From positions 44,082,001 through 44,146,000 of the forward strand of contig NC_042998.1 in NCBI RefSeq assembly GCF_006345805.1: a DNA stretch of 64,000 nt, given 5' to 3'. Source of the stretch: Octopus sinensis. Lineage: Eukaryota. The notes beneath the pieces were generated by a model. It worked only from the letters and a program-made list of their open reading frames with translations. It ran no database searches and was not told where the DNA came from. The translations under genes were made by a program, and so were the position numbers. Of the stretch, positions 11,189 through 23,483 are shown in pieces. Position 1 is the first letter of the stretch, and each line of letters opens with the position of its first letter.

Positions 11189-11437
11189 TGCTGTGCATGC
11201 CACAGGGTTTGCAAATCTAACAGAGGCCCGAAAAAACATTTTGTGATCCACAAAGATCAGAACTTAACTGCAGCTCTTGCTGGTCGAAATCAGATATGTA
11301 ATCTATGTGGGTGTGTTTTCAAAACACTCTCTGATTTAAAAAGGCACATCAGGCGCCATGATGAATCTAAAGTTTAAGTACAAGATGTAGTCAGACTCTG
11401 CATGAGGAGCGGACAACCACCACCAGCATGTATGTAT
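11189..11437 (+). mobile_element. Probable RTE-type LINE 3' end encoding two C2H2 zinc fingers
   Basis: 11189-11377 is open for 62 codons: CCACHRVCKSNRGPKKHFVIH-KDQNLTAALAGRNQI-CNLCGCVFKTLSDLKRHIRRH-DESKV*. It is followed by a short UTR ending caaccaccacc and is flanked by (ATGT)n. Confidence 0.6.
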
Positions 11438-12637
11438 TTATTGGTTTTTAGCAAAAATAGGCGAAAGAAGAATACTTTATAACCATTCGAAATTCGAAAA
11501 TTAACCTGAAGTAGTTAATGTCATTGCTAAAAACAATTTCCGCTAAATGGATTATCTCGAAATACGCATATTTGAAAAGTTGCACAACGAAAGCACTTGC
11601 ACAGAATATAAAAATGTCATTCAAAATTATTCATATCATTCCATTTTTCCCAATTTTATTAAGTAATATTTTTTAAAGAAAATCTTTATACATATATACA
11701 CACACACGCTTGCGCGCACACACCCACGTACACATATATACAGAGAGAGAAAGAGAGGCAGACAGACAGACAAACAGACATACAGATAGAGTGAGGGAAG
11801 GAGAGAGGGGAAGAAAGGCTGAGACAGACAGACAAATAGACAAACAGACAGAGAAAGAAAGAAGAGAGAGAGAGAGAGAGAGAGAAAGGTGCAAATTAAA
11901 AAGTAATAGTCTTCACAAACGTCTTTGCGTGTGATCTCAGTATATTAGTCATTTATTTGAGACGATGAATGTGGGCAACAATTTCAATAGAGCCCTGATC
12001 GGCTTCACTACAATGTTATCGTATTTAACTCGTCTGTAAATGTATGCTTTCTAATAAGAATAGTAAAATATTCTAAAAATTTAAAGCATTTCGCCATGTG
12101 ATCTTTTCTCAGCTAATTATTATCGAAGAAATATGGTGTTAGTAAACTTCATAGTGATATAGTTCTATACAATCACCTGACTATTTGTTTCAGGATATTT
12201 GAAGAAGCTCTAAATCTAGTTTTGATATCATCGAACAATGGAAAACATTTTCATTGAAAAGAGTAAACAAATTATTCAGTTCTCATCCGCAGAACACTTG
12301 ATGTACTACAAAATTATTCGTTTTTATAAAATATCTTTACAATACTTTGAAATTGTAAAAACTCCTATTGCTCAAATTTTTAACTGATTACAAATTGTCA
12401 TGTACTTTCACACTGTTTCATTCACATAAACACTAGATAAACCTGTCTTAGCATGATAAGCGCCAAGCATTAACAAATTGTGTGGAATGGCAACCAACTA
12501 GAAAATTGTATCTCTTTGACAGAAGCAAGATGGTGGCAGTAACAGCAATGGAGTTGATAAGTAAAAGAGAGAAGCATAGATAACTAAGATCTCTTTCCTA
12601 CAAAATGTTTGTCATTTTATCAATATTTCATTGCCCA

Positions 12638-13060
12638 TTAAGACGACGAGTTAGCAGAATTGTTAGCACGCCGAACAAAATGCTTAGAGGCAGCGAGCTG
12701 GCAGAAACGTTAGCACACCGGGCGAAATGCGTAGCCGTATTTCGTCTGCCGTTACGTTCTGAGTTCAAATTCCGCCAAGGTCGACTTTGCCTTTCATCCT
12801 TTCGGGGTCGATAAATTAAGTACCAGTTACGCACTGGGGTCGATGTAATCGACTTGATCCGTTTGTCTGTCCTTGTTTGTTCCCTCTGTGTTTAGCCCTT
12901 TGTGTGTAGTAAAGAAATAGGTATTTTCTACGTCTTTACGTTCTGAGTCCAAATTCTGTTGCGGTAGACTTTGCTTTTCATCCTTTCGGGGTCGATAAAA
13001 TAAGTACTATTGAGCACTGGGGATGATGTAATCGACTTAGCCTCTTGTGCCAAAATATGA
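12638..13060 (+). mobile_element. SINE family B nested inside an older family B copy
   Basis: The old head (12638-12688) breaks at gcttag|, a young complete copy follows (~12689-12920), and the old copy resumes at ggtattttctacgtc with a second core. Confidence 0.8.
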
Positions 13061-13939
13061 AATAATTAATTGCTCACTCAATTCGTTAGCGTATAGATTG
13101 GCAAATGTTGTCCGTTACATTATAGATATTTATTAGAGAAGGGATGAAAACAATCTTAGAAAGAAGTGTAGATGTATCGCCATGATACATTAATCTAAGT
13201 TAAGAAATATTTCACGATTCACTACTATTTAACTATTGAATCTCCCTTAAAAGCAACACGTTTTAATAGCTTAACGAATAGCAATATCCCTATGAATAGG
13301 AAGTATATAAATCCATTAAAATAGTGTTAATACAAATGTATATTTCTCGGTACAGTAAATTTCGAGAAGGAATGGAACTCCCACAGAAAACAGAGGAGAG
13401 GAGGCTTGCAACAGAGATTTATTTATAGAATACTCACGAGAAATATCCATTATCTCCTAATAATTTCATTAGAAGTGTATAGAACTCAAAGATGGTCAGC
13501 TCTTCCAAAATACTTCCTGCACTTTCTACATAGATTTTCATAGAAAATAAGTCAATCACTAGCGGCAGTGTCAAAGTAAAATCTTATTTACAGGGAAACA
13601 GATTTGTTAGTCTGTATGAATTTTTTTGGTTCTGAGAAGAAATATTTGTGCACTTTGTCCCTTCATAATGACCGAGTTATCGTTGTATTTAGATGAAAAG
13701 TTAAATTACTTTATGTGTAAGTGCAAAGTTTTACAATGTGTAGTTTCTCTCGCCGAAAAGTTGATTATCTAGCCAGAATCTGAATATTAAGCATACTCTT
13801 CGGCATTATTTAACATGCTAGGGATGTGTGAGCAGTAAATCATTCCAAAAACAAACTGCATCAGAAAAATGGCTTATGATTATAGGTACATTAGTTATTT
13901 TAATATACATAACACAACGTATATTCTTTCCGGCACTTC

Positions 13940-14145
13940 GCACAAGACCCGAAATTTTGAAGGAGGAGGCCGATTGATTAGATCAACAACTTTACGCAAC
14001 TGGTACTTAATTTATCAACCCCGAAACGACGATGAAAGGCAATGTCGACCTGGGTGAAATTTGAACTCAGAAAGTAAAGACAGACCAAATACTGCTAAGC
14101 GTTTTGCCCAGCGTGCTAACGTTTCTGCCAGCTCGCCGCCTTATA
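13940..14145 (-). mobile_element. SINE family B
   Basis: Minus GGCGGCGAGCTGGCAGAAACGTTAGCACGC...TTCTGAGTTCAAATT head plus core. Confidence 0.85.
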
Positions 14146-14288
14146 ATACAACATATATTGAAATACTGACTGCAGTGTTGAGATAAATTTTCTTTTATTT
14201 TCATGAGTTAACACTTTGCTTTAACGATTTGTCAAATATTTATGCTACTTATTGACGAAGAACGTAGAATACTCGTATCCCTGCTGCT

Positions 14289-14545
<257 letters not shown>

Positions 14546-14839
14546 ACATATATGTGTATCTGTGCGTGTATTTCAATTCGAATATTTAAGTATCAATGCA
14601 TACAAATCATTACCTCAATTTTAACGCTTTATTTTTCGAATTCCACTTAGACGTTTTCCCTGATTTTGTTAAACTTATTTTAGCATTGAAAATCTATTTT
14701 TAATATAATCTGTTTTTCTTTGGAATTTACATTTCACTAAAGCCTCTTCCTTTATGCAGATATAAATCCTTAAATCCTTAAAAATGTTTTAGCCCGAAGG
14801 CCGCGGCCATGCTGGGGCACCACCGCTAAATGAGCTACA

Positions 14840-17800
14840 CTAGTTTGTGAATCCACCTCTGATACGTGGCACTTGATCAACAAGGGAGTTCGATGCTGCT
14901 GCCGCATCCGTGTCTCCTGTCGTGAGGTAGGTTCACCTGGGACTCCCAACAAGAAGAGATCCAGTTTAGTTTTAAAGAAACCCACATCCACACCATGTAA
15001 GTCTCTCAGGCATTTAGGGAGGATGTTAAAGAGCTGTGGTCCTCTGAAACCCAAGCTGTTGCAGTATCTGGACCTGTATTTTGATGGTGATGTTGGAATC
15101 CTTGGCACCACGCAGCGGCGCCCCGTTCTGCGGATGGAGTAACTTTGAATGCCAAAGTTTGGGACAAGACCCTCCAGGATTTTCCAGATGTATATCACTG
15201 CATATCTCTCCCGCCTCCACTCCAGGGAGAAGAGGTTTAATACCTTCAGTCTTTCCCAGTAGCTGACATTTTGCATTGAGACGATTTTCTTTGTGTAGCT
15301 TCTCTGAGTTGCTTCGAGTTCTGCTGTTTGTTTTATATTGTGTGGTGACCAAAGTTGGGAGCAGTAGTCCAAGCGGCTGAGGACAAATGTTTTCCATAGG
15401 ACCATCAGTGTCTCCTTCTCTCTTGTTCTGAAAGTTCGGAGAATCCATCCAGCTAGCCGTCTGCATTTTATCACCAGATTAGCAATATGCATTTGGAAAG
15501 ATGCATCATTGCTCATGTCAATGCCCAGGTCACGCACTGATTTTGACTCAGGGATTGCAATTCTTCTGGGCCAGTGTATCCAGTCTTCACGTCATTTACC
15601 TTTGTGTGCCAGTAGCGCAGGGCCTGGAACTTACCTGCATTAAACTGCATGTTGTTGTCCTCAGCCCACCTGTATATTGTGTCCAGCTCATGTTGCAGAT
15701 GCGCAATATTTTCAGGGTTTTGTATTGCGTGGGAGACTTTTGTGTCATCTGTATAGCTAGCAAGGGTGGTCATCGTAGCAACTGAAGGCATGTCTGAAAG
15801 GGCCACTATGAACATCAGTGGCCCCAAGACAGTGCCCTGTGGGACACCGCTTGTTATTTGCGTTTCCCTGGAGGTGGCTCCATTGCTCACAACTGCCTGT
15901 TTTCTGTCTTTTAGGAAGTTGTGCAGCCACTCTCCAAGTTTCCCGCCTATGCCGAGAACACGCAGTTTGTGACAGATCATACCATGGTCGACTTTATCAA
16001 AGGCTTTTGCAAAGTCAAGATATATTACATCCACATTTGAGCCATTTAGTAGCTGTTTCAACACCCAGTCATAGTGTTGCAGGAGCTGTGTTAGGCAGCC
16101 TCTACCTGGTCGAAATCCATGCTGGGTGTCAGACAGTAAGTCATTTTCTTCAAGGAACATGATTAGTTTCTTACGGACTATTCGTTCCATGACTTTGCTG
16201 ATGTGTGAGGTCAGAGAGATAGGCCTATAATTTTTAGCATCTGCTCTGCTACCTCCCTTATGGATAGGGCATATTACCCCTCTTTCAGTTTGACTGGGAG
16301 CTTACCACTTGCAAGAAAGCTCTGAAAAAGAAGCTGTAGCGGTTTTGCAAGGGCTCGTTTGCACGATTTGAGAAGGATCGCTGGGAATCCATCAGGTCCA
16401 GCAGCTGAGTTTGTGTCAATCTCATCAATGGCTAGTGTGATATCATCTTCTTCGATGTTGATGTACTCCTTTTTTGTCTCTTTGGCCGCTGGTAAAGTGG
16501 CAAAGAATTCTTCTGGGTTGTTTACTTGCCTGTGTCCTAGAGGTGTAGTGAACACACTTTGGAACTGTTCGTTCAGTATTTCACATATCCTCGTGGGATT
16601 TCCTGTGAGAGAGCCATCTTTTTGGAAGAGAGGTCCTATTCTCTGGTGCACTGTGGCTGTCTCTTTGGCAAACTTAAAGAAAGCTTTAGGGTTTGATTTT
16701 ATATTTTCTATTACCCAAGCTTCTTTATCTGCTCTCTCCTTTTCATGGGACTGATGTAGACTTTTCTCAGTTTCCATTAGCATTCTTTCGAGCCGAGACT
16801 TCTCACCACTTTTGGTGTGCTTGCTCAGGCGGTTTTCAATCCTTGTCCGTCGTCTCATAAGAATCCTCCTTTCTCTAGGGATCCTGTTTTTGTTCTTGTG
16901 TGTGCTGGCCCTGCACATTGGGACATATTTGTCACATATGGCTTGTATTATGGACATGAAGTGTTTGTGTTTCATGTTTATGTCCGGTGTGGAGAGACAT
17001 TCAGGCCAATCCTGTTTGAGGATCTCTTTCTCAATCGACTTCCAGTTGGCTTTATGAAAGTTTAAGTTGGAGAGATGGTGGGTGCTTCGTATAGGCTGTG
17101 TGTCTGCGGGGGCTTTTGTTCCATACATAGACAGCTCTATTATGTTGTGATCCGAGATCATTGTCGGCATCACATTAACATTATGGATAATATCCATATT
17201 GTTTGTGAAGCAGAGATCCAGTATATTATCTGCCCTTGTTGGTTGCAGAACTATTTGCTCCATGAAAGAGGCATTTGTGAGATGGAGCAGGGACTCCACC
17301 TGTGCCTGCTGATGGTGTGTCATCCCTGGGAGCATCTGCCCCCAGGCCATTCCACATTGGGGAGGTTAAAGTCACCCATGAAGAATACACTGTTGTGCTG
17401 TTCAAGGTTGGTGAGGACTTCTCCTATTTTTGTTAGGCAGTCTTCAAACATGCCTGAGTGTTTTGGGGCATCTGGTGGGCGATATGTAGTGCATATGACG
17501 ATATTCAGTTGTCTTATGTGTACAATTTGAGTTTCACATACTGAGTTTGAATATGACAGCAGGACCTGGGGCGTGAGGTCATCTCGGATGTACATTGCAA
17601 CTCCACCATGGCTCCTCCCTTTTCTCTCTGTGCGTATGACTGCATATTGCGGCATGTGTATTTCTGCATCACCTATATCGGGTTCAAGATGCGTTTCTGT
17701 GAGTGCCATGCATATAGCTTGATTGCATGTCACAAGGTCTCTCAGGAATGAAATTTTCTTTTTACAGTTTCCGCGCAGCAGCCCTCCTACATTCAGTAGA

Positions 17801-17847
17801 AATATTTTTGTGGTGTGTGTGTTGGTGTTGATGTCTGTGGTGGCCAT
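14840..17847 (-). pseudogene. LINE ORF2 (APE endonuclease + reverse transcriptase), split by four -1 frameshifts
   Basis: EN motifs LNVGGL, ALTETHL, GGVAMY, MGDFNLP, ILDLCFTN, SDH. RT motifs GPDG, QHGFRPGR, YLDFAKAFDKVDH, GVPQGTVLGP, YTDD, DLGI. Restoring one G at each of four sites gives 3012 nt = 1003 aa + stop, ending AAASNSLVDQVPRIRGGFTN*. Confidence 0.93.
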
Positions 17848-17869
17848 CCTGCATCTGTTGGAGGTGGCC

Positions 17870-18694
17870 TTATGTGGTGGTAGTTCCAGCTTTTGCTTGT
17901 AGCCAGGTCAGCTGCTGAACAATTTTTTGTGCCATGCACAAAAAAGACTCCTGTTCAGCTGCCGCCCTTCTCACATCTGGGTGAAGCTGGCCACCTGTTG
18001 GGTTTCCGCGCACCACATCTGCATACCGTCTTTCAGTAGTGGTCAGTGCGCTTTTTTCCCTTCTTTTAACTTTTTGTTTTTGTTTTTGTTCTCCCTGAGG
18101 CAGGGACCTCTGTCTCGCGTCCGTGCGGTTTTGGTAGGGCCTCCGATGTGCAAAGCGACCGTTTGCACCTTCAACGCCGTACCAGCAGTCCCCCCTCAGG
18201 TAGAATTTGCAGGTGTTTCTTTCCCTGCCCTTACAGTTTTTGCTGGGGTCCCTCTGCTTTCTCTGGACAGGGCTTCCTTTAGCCTTGATTCTGTCACCTT
18301 TTACCTCCTGCTTCCCATCAATTCCAGGGTGCCTTTCCTTTCTTGCGGCCATCGCACCACTTTGGTCTTCAGTTGTGGTGTTGGAAGCTGGACATGTGTC
18401 ATCGTTTCCCTGTGTTCCAGGCTTCTCCATTTGGCTCTGGATGCTTTCCTCATCCTTTTGGCCCTCCCTGCTGCCGTCACCTCCCAGGATGATGTCCAGT
18501 GTGTCCACATGTTGCCTGATTAGAGCGTACGAACGGATAACTTCTCTCTTCTTTCGCTCTATCTGGGCGGTGGTTCTCGAAAAATTGTTGCTTTTCAGCG
18601 CCGCAGCAATAATGTCGTTCGGCGAGTCGTCCTCAGCGATCCTCCAAGCGCGGACGAACAATTGCACCTCTCTCGCAGACCAGTTTCTTGCCAT
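17870..18694 (-). CDS. LINE ORF1 protein, 274 aa: N-terminal Myb/SANT (trihelix)-like domain and degenerate CCCH zinc finger
   Basis: Intact ORF ending 22 nt before the ORF2 ATG. WSAREVQLFVRAW...RTTAQIERKKREVIRSY and CKFYLRGDCWYGVEGAN(G)RFAH. Confidence 0.85.
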   Translation of the reverse strand: MARNWSAREVQLFVRAWRIAEDDSPNDIIAAALKSNNFSRTTAQIERKKREVIRSYALIRQHVDTLDIILGGDGSREGQKDEESIQSQMEKPGTQGNDDTCPASNTTTEDQSGAMAARKERHPGIDGKQEVKGDRIKAKGSPVQRKQRDPSKNCKGRERNTCKFYLRGDCWYGVEGANGRFAHRRPYQNRTDARQRSLPQGEQKQKQKVKRREKSALTTTERRYADVVRGNPTGGQLHPDVRRAAAEQESFLCMAQKIVQQLTWLQAKAGTTTT

Positions 18695-18700
18695 TTTCTT

Positions 18701-19881
18701 CTAGTGAAATATAGGAACAGAGAGAGAGATAGAGAAGGAGAGATATGGAGAGGGAGAAGAGAAAGGAGAAAAGCCAGGGGGGGGATAGAGAGAGCCGAGG
18801 GGATTGTCCTGAGAGAAGAGAGAAAGAGAGAAAATAAGAGGGAAAAAAGAGAAAGGTGAAAGAATGGCAGGTCAGCAGGAGGAGAGTGAGCGGGATAGAG
18901 GTGTAGTAGAAAGGGACAGGGTGGAAAAGTGAGACAAGAGGGTGGACCCTAGGGGGAGCAAGGAGAAGAAAGGCGGAGAGATAAAATGGAGAGGAAGAGA
19001 GAGATGAAATGGAGAGGGAGAGAGAGAGAGGGCAGGATAGAGGTACCAGGGAGTGAAGTAAAGGGACAGAGAGGGTGGTGTGGAGGAAGGAGACAGAGAG
19101 AGGAAAAAAGAGACAGGGGGGGTGAGCCTTAGAGGGAACAGGGAGAGGAAAGGTAGGAAGAAAAAAGGGGGAAGAGGAAGAGAGGGGGCACAACAGAGTG
19201 TAGTAAAGGGACAGGGAGGGTGGTGTAGAGAAAGAAATAAGGGGACAGAAGGGGAAGAGGAAAAGGGGTTTCACCTGTGAAGGAGCGGAGAGGAAAGAGG
19301 CAGAGAGAGGGAGGGGGAGTAACAGAGAGAGAGAGAGAAAGAGGGCGGTATATAGATACAAGAGAGAATGAGTGAAGTTGAGGAACTGAGAGAGGGGGTG
19401 AGGTGAGAGAAAGTTGATCTGAGAGAGATGCAGAAAGAGAAACGATTGCAGAGGGAGAGAGAGGGAGGAGGGGAGAGTGAGAGCGGAAATAGAGGGTCTG
19501 GTGGATGGGGAGACAGATAAGGTATAAACTGTATGAGAGAGATAGAAATAGAAATGTAAGAAAGAGAGGGAGAGATTATAAAGATAGAATAGCGCGTATT
19601 TTTATATCTTTTTAATTATTATTTTCTGTTTGAAAGAACACTAATGATAACAAATAATAAAAATGTATGAGAGAGATAGAAATAGAAATGTAAGAAAGAG
19701 AAAGAGAGAGTGCGTGGCAGGCACGGAGGACGAAATTATAAAGATTATAAAGATAGAATACCGCGTATTTTTATATTTTTATATCTTTTTTTTTTTTTTT
19801 TTTAATTATTTTCTGTTTGAAAGAACACTAATGATAACAAAATAAATAATATCTTACCTTACCGGCTGAGAGAGTACTTAC
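18701..19881 (-). other. Predicted 5'-UTR intron of the LINE containing a ~850-bp CT-rich tract
   Basis: Donor-like GTAAGT (19881), GTAAGG (19862) and GTAAGA (19857). Polypyrimidine tract + ttcacTAG acceptor (18702-18701) 6 nt before the ORF1 ATG. Confidence 0.55.
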
Positions 19882-20593
19882 GTGATTCCTTTTTATAAGA
19901 AAGGAAGATAGATAGACAAGACAGACCTTTTATATTCCCCAAGCGCACTTTGTAAACAAAAGGGATTTGAGTTTCGATTTAGCACATGCAACAGTTTGAC
20001 GATACTTTCTGTATTTTCCTAAGCGATTTGGTATTAAGCAGCAAATTTTTCAGAGGCTTTTTTCAGAACACGCAGATATACATCAAAAACGAAAATATCC
20101 TTCTCAAAAATACTGTGTCTTGTTGATTCACAGACGAAGAATAAAATTCACTTCGATTTCGGGAAGTAACACACGTGCGTTTTAACACGTGTATTCGCGA
20201 GTATGTTCTAGTTGCAAATACTATATCAAAAGCGAAAATATTCTTCTCAAATACAGTGACTTGTTGTACTATCACTTATATTCGCTTTGCAGACAATTTC
20301 GCTTCTGATAACATCGATCTCTGGAAGGACTTCTTTAATATTTAGGAGAGACACGTTAACACACTTGTTGTTAGTTCAGCGCCATCTTGATATATCTTGA
20401 TATATATATTTGAATTTAGGTTGAAAATATCTCTAAAATTCTGCATTGAAGTCTGAAATATACTATTGGCAACAATATTTTCAATATTGAAATTGCATAA
20501 CGCTAGCAAGTATTCATTATATAGAAAGAGTTGATAAGTAAATAATACACAGCTTATCAAATTTAATATACATGTACGTATATAAACATACAC

Positions 20594-21062
<469 letters not shown>

Positions 21063-21789
21063 AGAGATTACGTATATTTAAATACTTACATATAGAGACG
21101 CATATATGGGTTCTTGTGTGTGTGTGTGTACATTTATGTATGTTAGCCTGAAAACGTTTTCCGATTTAAATCGGTTGTACTCAACGTTTTATCAATGAGA
21201 TAGCAAGCCTAATAGATTTGACACGGACGGTCTAAGTTTCGAGAAAGAAATCTAATTGGGTTGCTGATTATCAATGGGTGATAAATTAATTTAACCCTTA
21301 ATAGTCAGTTTCAGTCAGGATTTTGAATTTTGCAAGAAAACTTTTGGTCTTATGTTCACATAGAGGCAACTTTGTAACCAGCATTATAGATCTTAACCAG
21401 TAGCAAAAGTATACATGCGCACAACCTTTTTACCAAGCACCTGCATAGAAATACCGAAACCAATCTGTTTCCTTCCCGAGTCTTCAATTCCAAAACAGCC
21501 GTTTCAACGTGGACCGACCTTTGCTCTATTTGGAAGCAACATGAAATTGTACACGGCGTTCATTGCCAACAACTTGAAGGGAATGTTCATTCAGTGTTTG
21601 CATTTATATAGAACCAGAGGCAAAGAAAATTAACACCGCTATCCCACTTTATCTGAAGACTTTTGGACTAGTAAAGTGTCCTGTCATAATAATCTGGAAT
21701 ATAGTTGACATGGTCATTCGCTATGTACCCGAATCTTCTAACGGCCCCATTCTCCCTCTGAGAAAATACAAAAAGCAAAACTCCTTAAC

Positions 21790-23170
21790 AAGAAAACACA
21801 GCTTTCAGGCTGCTGCATTCAATGTAGGAAACTATTAGCTAATTTAAAGCCGTTAGAATTTTTTGTGAAATCAAACGAGACTACTGATGTATATTGCATT
21901 GGAGTTGCTGCCTTTTCAACACACATTATAAAACCTAGCAGTCGCCCGAGTGGCTCGAAGTTCTATAGCGGGAATGATACATTGTTTGTTTTCTGAAGTG
22001 TCACATGGTGCATGTAAAGTAAAGGTTGAGTAATAATAGCCTACTTTTGGCTACACAATCATGATCTTTGAAGTTATCTTTCCATAGGTTGTTGACACTC
22101 ACGTTCTACTGTATAAGTTCTGTACTGTCTTTAGCTCCCAGTGATGTTGGAATCATTATATTAACACCATAAATTATTCTAATGAGGTTGAAGAAGATTC
22201 TCATGTCATACATTGAGATATTTTTTCTCTATTTCCAGTACTAAACAGATTTATTTGATATACCAATTAATTTTTATTTTTCAAGTGTTTTTATCAGCTA
22301 GGAATTACTTTCCATTGCACGAGTACTTTTTCCTGGATAGGAGCCATTGCTTATTGGCAGACGTTCCTTTTGCACTCATTAATAGACATGAAAAGCTTTT
22401 CCCCTTCTCTAGCAGCTGCGAAATTTAGGTGTTATTCTCGTCTAAATATATTTATTGCTATTTTACTCTTTTTAGACAAGTTGGCTTCTTGAATGCATTA
22501 TGTGTAATCAGTGGTGTCCCATACACCATGCTAATGTATTACTGATTTTTACCTGCGAATATCTTGAATACCTTTGCTTTTGTTGAACCATAGTGAGAAA
22601 TACTTCTGTTTTTCGCTCGATGACATTTATAAGTATAACACCGCTCTTTAGTTAAATTGTCACGAAATGCCATAGTAGTTGCTAGTCTCTCCAGCATTGT
22701 ACTCCTATCATGGTCTATTTTTGATGAACAACCTTGATATAATAAAAATATACCTTTCATTTGATTCCAGAATTTGTCAGGGACACTTGCATTTGTTGCA
22801 GTAGCATATTGCTGATTGCCACTTATATTCTTTGCATATAATTAGAAACAAATCTCCATACTCAGCATGTTCTAAAGTTTTCGTCTCAATTTATATGTTC
22901 CAGGTCTTCAAATATTTGTTAGATTATTCAGGAAGGTAACTGATTATTCAATTCTCGGGAGCGAGCAATCTAATTTCACGTAAATTCCTCTGTGTCATGT
23001 GTAAGCGCAAACTCACTGATGTCTGTCATTTAAATGTTGAAGTCTCCAATATCTAAGCCAAGAGATACAAGTTGTACATTGATGCGAGTAGTTAGGTTAT
23101 ATAATATAGCAAACGTATTCCTGTGAAATCCCTTTCAAAAGAATATTTATCCGTCACCTTGTCTCTTCAG
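21790..23170. pseudogene. Highly degraded RTE-like LINE relic, apparently with an internal inversion
   Basis: Plus strand FQAAAFNVG and TDVYCIG resemble an EN N-terminus (21800-21910). A GDFN motif lies on the minus strand near 23040-23055. Heavily decayed. Confidence 0.35.
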
Positions 23171-23372
23171 CTGTCTCTGAGAAGCTAATCTCTTCTGTAC
23201 AACTGTGCATTATCGGTATGGGTTCATACACTGATGTTCAGAATGCGAAACTACTACACCGAAATTCTCAGTTCCAAATGTGCATACAGGTGTGTATGCA
23301 CATTTGTGTGCACATATGGGTATGTATATGTAATACATGTATATATATATGTATCTCGGTATATATAATTGT

Positions 23373-23407
<35 letters not shown>

Positions 23408-23450
23408 AATATATTCATTCTTAAATATGGTGTGTGTATGTCTATATATA

Positions 23451-23483
<33 letters not shown>

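Larger units (their letters stand above)
14765..20069 (-). mobile_element. Near-full-length CR1-group LINE (ORF1 + EN/RT ORF2)
   Basis: Contains ORF1, APE endonuclease, RT and a (TTTAAGGA)n tail at 14765-14784. Candidate TSD atgcagatata (14754-14764) / acgcagatata (20070-20080). The 5' boundary depends on this TSD. Confidence 0.9.

Noticed and set aside
17927-18704. Plus-strand ORFs of 198 and 165 aa, and other plus-strand ORFs across 14873-17530
   Set aside because: Antisense shadows of the LINE ORFs with no recognisable motifs.
18633-19361. 242-aa Leu/Ser/Pro/Phe-rich minus-strand ORF overlapping the ORF1 start
   Set aside because: Translation of the CT-rich low-complexity tract.
19925-19937. 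TATAAAAG box on the minus strand upstream of the donor cluster
   Set aside because: Common in AT-rich DNA, and an internal TATA promoter would not regenerate the LINE 5' end; not listed without TSS data.
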